DNA from: Pelagomonas calceolata
Taxonomy: Eukaryota
NCBI GenBank assembly: GCA_918797485.1
Contig: CAKKNE010000005.1
Span: forward strand, 3,968,001 to 4,032,000
DNA: 64,000 nt
Reading direction: 5' to 3'
Part shown: positions 55,966 to 64,000 of the stretch, in pieces
Numbering within the stretch: position 1 is the first letter of the stretch
Layout of the letters: every line of letters starts with the position of its first letter
The notes under the pieces: generated by a model
What the model was told of the DNA's origin: nothing
Database searches by the model: none
What the model saw: the letters and a program-made list of their open reading frames with translations, nothing else
Translations under genes and position numbers: made by a program

Positions 55966-58900
55966 CTACTCGTGCGGGAAGAGCGACTCGACCACGCCTT
56001 CGACCACGACGGCGCACGCGTTCACGGCCGCGAAGAAGCACAGCGTCAGGCCGAAGATGCAGTTCATCGCGGCGCCGCGCTTGCGGATGGGCTCGAGCAG
56101 CTCGGTCGCGCAGACGTCTGGCGCGTCGCCGTGCGCGAAGGGCCCGTCTAATCTAAACAACGGCGCGTGCGCCTGGCCGAAGGCGCAGGCGAGCGCCACG
56201 GCCGGCCTTTCCAAGATCCATCGCGCGAGGTTTGGCGCCGCGCCGATCTCCCGCGCGAGCGAGAACATGTACAGGCCGTAGTCGACCTGTGTGTGGAAAT
56301 CAACAACGCCGTAAATTTTGATTTGCACACAGGTGTCGATACGCCGTAGCTCAGGCGGCAATTCGTCAGTTTGTAGGGCGCCGACGGCACGCGCGGCCCC
56401 GTCGCGCGGCCCTGGAGCTTCGCCACCCACCACATGGCCTGCAACTCGCTCATCGGCGGGATGGCGCCGACGTTCGGTCGCGCGAAGCCGAAGAACGCGA
56501 GGTCACCTTCCTCCGGGTCGCAGATGAAATGCTCAGTCGGCAGCGCATCGTCCTGGCCTGTGTGGAAATCAACCAGTGAGTTGGGTTATTCGCCGCGTCG
56601 ATGGCGTGGGGCGCCTGAAATTTGATTTCCACACAGGCCTCGGCCGTCCGACGCCCTCTTCAGAAAAGGGAACGTCTGCCTGTAGCCCGTCGCCAGGACG
56701 ACGACGTCCGCGGCCACTTCCACGTCGTGACGGTCGTCGGCCCGCGTCGACCGGAAGCGCACCGCCCGCCCGCCAAAGCTAGCTGCCTCGTAGTGGTCGA
56801 GCAGGTCCACACCTGTTCATAAATCAAATTATCGCGGCGCGTCGACACATGACCTCCACGCCATCGACGCGAACCCACCGACTCACTGTTTGATTTGCGC
56901 ACAGGTTCACGCCGACGGCCACGTCCGCCTGCGCTTTATCCAACCAGCGCCACGGCCGCGCCCACCACGCCTCCTTGGGGCCGCGGTTGATGAGGGGCAT
57001 GCACCTGTGTGGAAATCAAACAAGTGAGTCGTGGAGGTCGACGAAGGTGCATTGAAACTATCTCTGCACAGGGTATGACTTCGTGGCCTTGTTCACGATG
57101 TGTTTCCGCCCTTCCGCCCAGTCCATCGCGTCGGCGCGGCCGCGCCATTGGTTCCATCCGGCTGACGAGCCGCTCACGCAGAGCATCCCAAGCCGCTGGA
57201 ATTTCGTCGTGATGAACCAATGAAAACCAACACGCCGCGACCTGTGCGCAAATCAAATAGTGAATCGTGATTGCGCCGCGAGAATTTGATTTATTCACAG
57301 GCCGCAACCAGCTCGACTCCCAGCAGTGCGTGCCGGCGTTCGCAATTAAACAATCCAAAGGCGCGAAGTCCTCGCCAAACGACGCCGGCACCTGTGTGGA
57401 AATCAAATTGTCGTGGCGCGTCTCCGCCAGTGCTGAATCATGACCTTACGCCATCGACGCGACGCCACCTCGATGGCGTGGCGGCGTCGCGTCGATGTCG
57501 TGGCGGTGTGGGCCTTACACGACTCGATTCAGTCCTCAGGGCAGCGTCGTCGCCGAGAAATGACTTGGTGAAGATTACACCCGACACACTGGTTGATTTT
57601 CCACACAGGCCGGCACGCTCACGAAGCCTCGCCGCGTCGCCAGCGTGACGTGGGCTGCATTGTTTGCGGCGGCTGCGTGCGCGACGTCGAACGCTGTCTC
57701 GCCGCAGCCGACGACGACCTGTGTGGAAATCAAATTTCGGGCGCCCCACGCCATCAACGCGTCTCCGTATCCCTAAATAGCTGCATCTGCTCGATGGCGT
57801 GGTCCCAGGCCATCGACGCGACGTTTCCCCGTGACCGCGTCGGTTCCATGGTGTGGAGGTTAACGAAGGTCCACGCAATACCTAACTCACTGGTTTATTT
57901 CCACACAGATGACGACGACGCGCTTGTTTTTGAATATCGAGGACTCCTTATAGTCCTGCGAGTGAATCACAAGACCCTTGAAGGCGCCGGGGATGTCCGG
58001 GACCTTCGGCTCTTGGTGCAGACCTGAGCAGACTGCCACGCGATCAAAGGGCTCCACGGTCCTGTGACTCCCGTCGAGCAGTGTCGCTCGGTAGCCACGT
58101 CTCGTTTTGTCGAGGACCTCGACCGTGGCGTGCCGCATGTACCGCATGAGGTCGTGCTCGACCGCGCTGTGTGTGGAAATCAACCAGTGAGTGAGATTAT
58201 TGCGGAGACCTTCGTGAACCTCCACGCCATCAAGCAAATGCAGTTGCGGGGACGACGTCGCGTCGATGGCGTGGGGCGCCTGAAATTTGATTTCCACACA
58301 GGTCGACTACTAGGTATGGAGGTACGCGACGTAGTCGTCGAGGCTCTGGTGCGACTCGACCTCCGGACCTAACCTCAAGTCGGAGAAGGGTGTGATGTAC
58401 TTGCTCGAGACCTGGTGCGCGCCCTCGTAGGCGTCGGCGAAGACGCCGCCGATCTGGCCCGTCTTCTCGACGATCACCACCTCGGCGCCGTTCTCCAGCA
58501 GCGTCTTCGCCGCGGCGAGCCCCGACGCGCCGGCCCCGATGACGAGGACGCGACCGAGCGGCTTAGCCTCGGCGGGCGCTTCGTAGGCGTCGCGCGCCGC
58601 CGCGGCTCGCAGCGCCAGGAAGAACGCAAAAGCAGCTCCGGGCGAGAATACGAGGGACGCCACACAGAATACCGCCGCCGTCGTCGGCCCGCGGTCGCGG
58701 CGGACGGCGTCCGCCGAAATCACGGCGCACGCGACGAGGTCCACGAAGATCGATTTTTGGCAGTCCGTCGCCGGCCAGCACGCGACGCGGTCTCGTCTCC
58801 AGGCTATAAGGACGCCGAGCACCGCGTAGACGCCGGCCTCGTCGAAGGACCGCCCGAACGACGGCAGCCAGCGCGGCGCGACGAGCAGGAGGTGCAGCGC

Positions 58901-59389
58901 CTTGAGGACAACACCGAAGGTGACCGCGTCGGTCACGGCGAGCTGGGGCAGCCTCTGGACCGCGAGCAGCGCTAGGACCGAGCAGACGACGTAGGCGAGC
59001 GGCACGCGCGTCGAGCGCTTCTGAAAGCTCGGCGGCGTCAGCGCGAAGGCGGCGCTCATCGCGCCCAGCATGCCCGTCCAGAGGAGCTCCGCGGGCTCGT
59101 GCCGGCACCAGAGCGCCGCGACGACGACCCACGTGAGCAATTGGCACGAGTTACGATCGTGCGGCGCCTGGAGCACGTCGGCGTAGGCGTCGTCGAAGAG
59201 ATTGTCGCCGCCCCGGGCCTTGTAGGCCGTCGTGTAGCGTAAGATGTAATACCAGGTGACGGCGACGAGCGCCGCAGCGATGCTCGCTTGTTTGGCAGAG
59301 GTGCGTGTCAGCTGCTTGCGCAGCGCCCAGGTGAGCACTGCAAAGTAGCACCATACTTGCCAGTCGTAGAGCAGGTCTTGCACTGGCAT
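55966..59389 (-). CDS. Flavin-containing monooxygenase fused to an N-terminal multi-TM domain; 9 exons
   Basis: VIGAGASG, IHSQDYK, VVVGCGETA, LATGY, FFGFARPNVGAIPPMSELQAMW; frame restored by removing introns 58310-58167, 57916-57719, 57616-57392, 57308-57242, 57079-57005, 56912-56813, 56644-56558, 56342-56287. Confidence 0.85.
56287..58310 (-). mobile_element. Cluster of eight introner introns (56-225 nt)
   Basis: Each is bounded by CTGTG...CAG TIR-like ends after an 8-10-nt lead that resembles the next exon (e.g. perfect GTGCCGGC at 57616). Confidence 0.9.
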
Positions 59390-59510
59390 TTTGGTCGCCG
59401 CAAGATGTTGACGCTTGCGGAGCGTTGCAAAACTAATCGTGCCGTACAAAAATGCGACCAATTCGCATTGATGTGCGCATGCGCGGCCTGTTTTCCGCGG
59501 GTGAAGCTTG

Positions 59511-59532
59511 CTAGTGTCTTACATGCCGCTAG
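59511..59532 (-). promoter_or_regulatory. 22-bp CTAG-bounded element in divergent promoter
   Basis: CTAGTGTCTTACATGCCGCTAG. Confidence 0.75.
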
Positions 59533-59598
59533 CCCGCTCCCAGACTCAAAGACCTTACTCAAATGTTCGCAGCGTCCCTAGGGTGCTAGTTGCGCTAG

Positions 59599-60976
59599 AT
59601 GATGGACAACTTGCTTCGCGTTGTTGCGCTGGCATCACTTGCGCCACTCTCTGCGGCGGAGAAGGCTGATCTCTACGGCGCGGCGGCGCCGGCGACTTTG
59701 CTCCCGCGCCACCGACGCGACTGGGATTACTGCACGGCGAATTTGTGCGGGGGCGCGGAGCGGCTCGGCGCGCTGCTTGACGCCGGTGACCTGCGGGAGC
59801 TGGGGCCGGAGGGCGCTGACAGGATTAACGATGCCGTCCGAGCCTATGGCGTGGTCGTCATCAAGGGGCAGAATCTGACGCGCGCGGAGCAAGTCAAGTT
59901 CACTCGGCTTCTCGGCGAGCCGGTCGCGCTGGCGAAATCCTTTTACGGGAAAGACCCGGAGCCCAATCAGCCGTCGATCTTACGCGTCACCAATTTCTGG
60001 GCGAATGGCACTTGGAAGGGCACGAGTCACAAATTCGGCGACTACTGGCACCAGGACGGCCAGTTTTGGGACGCGCCGAAACCTGTGTGGAAATCAACCA
60101 GTGAGTCGGGTGCACGGGGCCGTGCTGGCTCCGTCGAGCGGCAAGGAACCGGCATCGCCACGCCATCGAGCAGGCGCCGCGTCGATGGCGTGGAGGACGA
60201 CGCGATGATTCGAACGCGCCGTAAAATTTTGATTTTCACACAGGCCGAAACACAACATGCTGTCGATCGTGCACGCCCAGCAGGTGCCGCCGCGGGGCGG
60301 GGAGACGGGATTTGTGGATATGCGGGCCGCGCGGGCGACGCTGTCCGCGCCGCTTCTGAAACGCGCCGCCAAGGCGGCGATCCACGCGTCGGTTCGAGAG
60401 ATCAAAGACTTCCGAGGCGGCGACGAGGAAGACTTCGCCATGTTCCCGAAAGTGGCCGTCCACCCCCTGCTGGCCAATCACTACGTGGACTCCGGCCCGC
60501 TGCTGTACGTGGGGTCGCCGCACATGAAGGTACACGGCTGCGTGGAAATCAAAATTTTATGACGTGTTCGCTGAATCGACGCGTCGACCTCCACGCCATC
60601 GACGCGACGCCTGCTCGATGGCGTGACGATGCCGGTTTCTCACCGCTTGACGGGGCCAGCACGGCCCGCGGCGTCATCGCCGAGATATGACTTGGTGAAG
60701 AATTATCGGGTGCACCCGACACACTGGTTGATTTCCACACAGGTACACGGCCTCGAAACGCCCGAGGCCGGCAAGCGGCTCCTCAACATGTTGCTCGCGC
60801 ACGCGACGTCGCCGGCCTTCCAGTATTTCCACGCCTGGGAGGCGGGCGACGTCGTCGTCTGGGACAACTCGCAGACGCTGCACCAGTCCATGCCCTACGA
60901 CAACGACGGTCACGCCCGGCGGGAGTACTACCGGTCGCAGGCTCGGATAAGGCCGCCGGCGGTGGCGGAACTCTGA
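59599..60976 (+). CDS. TauD/TfdA-family 2OG-dependent dioxygenase (introns 60075-60243, 60530-60742)
   Basis: YGVVVIKGQ, WHQDG, GGETGFVDM, HPL, HAWEAGDVVVWDN..TLH. Confidence 0.9.
60075..60243 (+). mobile_element. Introner intron (169 nt, GC-AG)
   Basis: Perfect TSD GCCGAAAC; TIRs. Confidence 0.92.
60530..60742 (+). mobile_element. Introner intron (213 nt, GT-AG)
   Basis: Perfect TSD GTACACGG; TIRs. Confidence 0.93.
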
Positions 60977-61029
60977 TCGTGCATATTCTCTGTGTATTAG
61001 CTTGTAAATATTGTTCACATACCACAAAA

Positions 61030-62895
61030 TTACTCGTCCACAGAGAACGTAGGCGCGACGCTCCCCAGAGACTCGTACGCGAGCCGCTTGACGAAGTCGT
61101 CGTACGGGTCGTCGCCGCGCCGCTGCAGCAGGTACTCCACCTGGAGCTCGACTTGCGTGCGCACGGCGCCGTAGAGCGCGTCGCAGGCGTCCGCGTTCGC
61201 CGGGTCGACGGCCGTCGTGTGGAAGGGCCGCCCGAAGAGGTAGTAGTTGCGGCGCGGCGCCGCGTTCGGGGCCATGAGCGGTGGGACGAACGTGTCTCCA
61301 TCTACTAGGCTCACCAAGGACTCGGTACGATTCCGCAGGAACTCGCCTGCGTGGAAATCGACGCGTCGACGGCGTCGGACGCCTTAAGATGATCCCTACG
61401 CGGGCCGCTCGCCGACGCGGTTGTCCATCGTCAACAAATCGTCGGTATCCAAGGCATAAGCCTCGTTCCCGAAGAACTCGTCGCCGCCCACGCCCGCGAA
61501 AGGTATGATGGTGGCGTTGAACTTGGCGGCGATGCGCACGAGCGCCGACGAGTCCGAGGGCCACCGCAACGTATAAGCCTCGCCCTTGCGCTTGAAGACC
61601 TCCCGCGCGCCGCCGGGGAACACGAGCGCCTTGGCGCCACGCTTCAACGCCGCTATAAGGGTCTTCGCGCCCGCCGGCTCTCCTCCGAACCGCCGCAGCA
61701 TCGCCGCGGACCCGGGTAATGGATAAGGCAGCGGCGCGAGCGGGCTCTCATCTGCTAAAAGTGGAGGGTACACCAGCGGCGTCAGGGCGAGCCGCCTTTC
61801 TCGTAGAAACTCTTCCACAATATGAACGCCGTCCAAACCAAAAAGCTGGTGGTTGCCCACGAAGAGCACCGGTCCCTCGCTCGGGACGTTGAAGAGGCCG
61901 TCCTCGACGGAGCCATCTGCCGCGGTCGAGAAGAATCGCGGCGACACGAGGCGCCGCGCGGCGAGCATCGACCGCTCGATGGGCGTCGTGGCCGTGACGC
62001 CATTTGAAGCCCGGCGCGGCGCGCTCGGGAGGAGGCCGTTATCAGCAAAAACGTCCAGCAGGTTCGCCGCGTCAAACAAGACGTGCGGCGCGCCGCGCTC
62101 GATGCGGACCGTCGCGCCCGGGATTAATTGCGCGAGCCTTCGCGCCTCGCGCACGGACGGCAGCACCGCGTCATTCTCCGAGGCCACGAGCACGCAATTA
62201 GAGGCCCAGCGCGGCGGCGCCTTGAGCCGCTTGAGCGCGTCGTTGACGGACGCCGCGCCGTTCCGCAACAGAGCTCTCTCGCGGTGCGTGAGCGTCTCGC
62301 GGGGCAACGCCGCGGCCAGGCCCTCGCCCAGCGCCGCCGTCCAGCCGGGCCGGCCCATGATCGGCGTCACGACCGGCGCCAGCGTCTCGTAGACCCGCGT
62401 CGGCAGCCTCGGCAACAACCCGGTGATGCGCGAGACCGGCGCGCGCGCGTACGACGACGCGCTGTTGCACAGCACGAGCGACGCGACGCGCTCGGGGCGC
62501 GCGAGCGCCAGACCTAAAGCCGCCAGCGCGCCCATCGACTCCGCCACGATGTGCACTTGACCGTCCGGCGCCGCCGCCGCCGCCGAGGCCGCGAGCCGTA
62601 CGAGGTCGCCGTGCGACGACCGGTCCGACGGGTCCAGTACGAGCGCGCGCACGTCGAACCATTCGCCTAAGCGCTTCCAGTTCCGTGCGCCGACGCGCGG
62701 CGAGCCGTCGAGGCCGCCGAGGGCCAGGAGCACCGGCTTATCGTCCGTGCATTCGGGATCGACGCGGACGAAGCGCGCCGTATCGAGCGCTTCCGGCACT
62801 TCCGTGAACTGGCGGCGCGTCAGTGGCGTGAGTTTGTGTGCTTGAGGTGCGAATGCACCGGTGCACGCTACGAGCAGCGTCGCACGAGTCAGCAT
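61030..62895 (-). CDS. Alpha/beta-hydrolase plus acyltransferase (phytyl ester synthase/ELT-like); GC-AG intron 61412-61347
   Basis: Signal TGA-FAP; GGLDG, AESMG, PVLFVGNHQL, FPGGARE..KRKGEAY.L.W. Confidence 0.85.
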
Positions 62896-63048
62896 GTTTC
62901 AAGGTGATTTAGTCAGCGGGTGCAAAAGTGACGGAGAAGCTGCAAGGAAGTCGTAAGATTGAACGCAGATAATTATATCGTTGCTCGTCGCAGCGCCTCT
63001 GGAACTCTCCTAGGCTGGACAAAAGCAAGAGGTTGGCAAAAAAACGAG

Positions 63049-63070
63049 TTAGCGGTCTGTAACACACTAT
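63049..63070 (+). promoter_or_regulatory. 22-bp element variant centred in divergent gap
   Basis: TTAGCGGTCTGTAACACACTAT. Confidence 0.5.
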
Positions 63071-63219
63071 GCCTAGGGAGTCTATTGCGCTATTAGTGAG
63101 GGGGTTAGGCTATAACAACACACACACTAGTAATTTACACGTCGTCGTGGTTTGTGGAGCGTTTGTGAGTCAATAAATCGTTTCAGACGAGCAGGAATCA
63201 CAGACAGAACGCCTTAGCC

Positions 63220-64000
63220 ATGCCGTCACTCATCAAAGACCTGGCCGGCTACTTCCTAGGCAGTGTACCTGAGGCAAGCAAAGCAAGGCCACCTGCCACG
63301 ACGCCGGCGCAGCGCGACGACAAAACGGACGCAAAAACCTGGTGGTGGGAGACCCGCGAAACAGATAGAGACGCCTTCGCGAGCAGCCGGCACCGCGCGC
63401 ACCTGCCGCGCTGCAAGCGGACGGGCCGCCCGCTCAAAATCCTCGCGCTGCACGGCCGCGGGAGCAACAACGACATCACGGCGATTCAGCTTTCCTCATT
63501 AGAAGTCCCGACGCGCTGCGTCGCCGACCTGCTCTCCGCGCCGCGTGACTCGAGCCCGCAGAGCGACGTGTTTCATATGTTGTCGAACCGGCCCTTTCAC
63601 GAGTGGGGCCATGATGAAAAGGCCTTAAAAGGCGTCCTGGCCTACATTGAGCGGTACGGTCCCTACGACGGGCTCTACGGCTTCAGCCAAGGCGCCGCCG
63701 TCGTCACCGCGCTGTCAAAGCCGGGCGTCGCCGAGGGCTTCGGCTCGAAGCGGACGTGGCGCTTCGTCATATGCGCCTGTGGAGTGCCGCCGCCGGGCGA
63801 CGGGACGGTAGATCTGCCGTCGCTACAAATTTCGGGCAGGCGGGACCCGTTTCTCTCAGCATCGCGCGCGCTGGCCGACGTCTACGAGGCTCCCGTGCTC
63901 CTGGAGCACGCGGGTGGCCACGAGCTGCCCCTGAAATTGCGCCACGACGCGCGGTTCAAGGACGCGCTCGACGCGTTCTTCGACCGCGTGCTCGAGCTCT
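63220..64000 (+). CDS. FSH1/OVCA2-family serine hydrolase (3'-partial)
   Basis: ILALHGRGSN, GPYDGLYGFSQGA, DPF, HAGGH; open to window end. Confidence 0.85.
   Translation, partial: MPSLIKDLAGYFLGSVPEASKARPPATTPAQRDDKTDAKTWWWETRETDRDAFASSRHRAHLPRCKRTGRPLKILALHGRGSNNDITAIQLSSLEVPTRCVADLLSAPRDSSPQSDVFHMLSNRPFHEWGHDEKALKGVLAYIERYGPYDGLYGFSQGAAVVTALSKPGVAEGFGSKRTWRFVICACGVPPPGDGTVDLPSLQISGRRDPFLSASRALADVYEAPVLLEHAGGHELPLKLRHDARFKDALDAFFDRVLEL

Overview
A very compact, GC-rich eukaryotic nuclear window with about 36 protein-coding genes, mostly in alternating head-to-head and tail-to-tail pairs. An LHC antenna gene, bipartite plastid-targeting-like N-termini, GC-AG introns and TIR-bounded introns point to a stramenopile alga, most likely a pelagophyte (Pelagomonas/Aureococcus-like); this is inference, not a database result. 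Recognisable genes: SHMT, two serine acetyltransferases, DDX1, SARNP/THO1, NPC-type phosphoesterase, TPI, exportin-1, LHC, kinesin, Cid1-type TUTase, OSCA/TMEM63, mitochondrial carrier, VAMP7, GST-like, A1 aspartic protease, rhodanese, FMO, TauD, PES-like acyltransferase and FSH1. Two dispersed systems stand out. (1) About 16 introner (MITE-like) introns built as [8-nt target duplication starting GT or GC]-CTGTGTGGAAATCA...TGATTTCCACACAG; they occur in both orientations, 8 of them in one FMO gene, and about 8 further eroded introns carry the same core. (2) A 20-22-bp CTAG-bounded element (consensus CTAGCGGCNTGTAAGACACTAG), about 17 copies, seen only upstream of start codons and usually once per bidirectional promoter. 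Unusual proteins include a lipoyl-domain/Kgd4(MRPS36)-like fusion, a DUF488-like domain with SUMO-interacting-like motifs, and a 2OG-Fe(II) oxygenase with coiled-coil repeats. All family calls are by motif recognition and all splice models by manual frame restoration.
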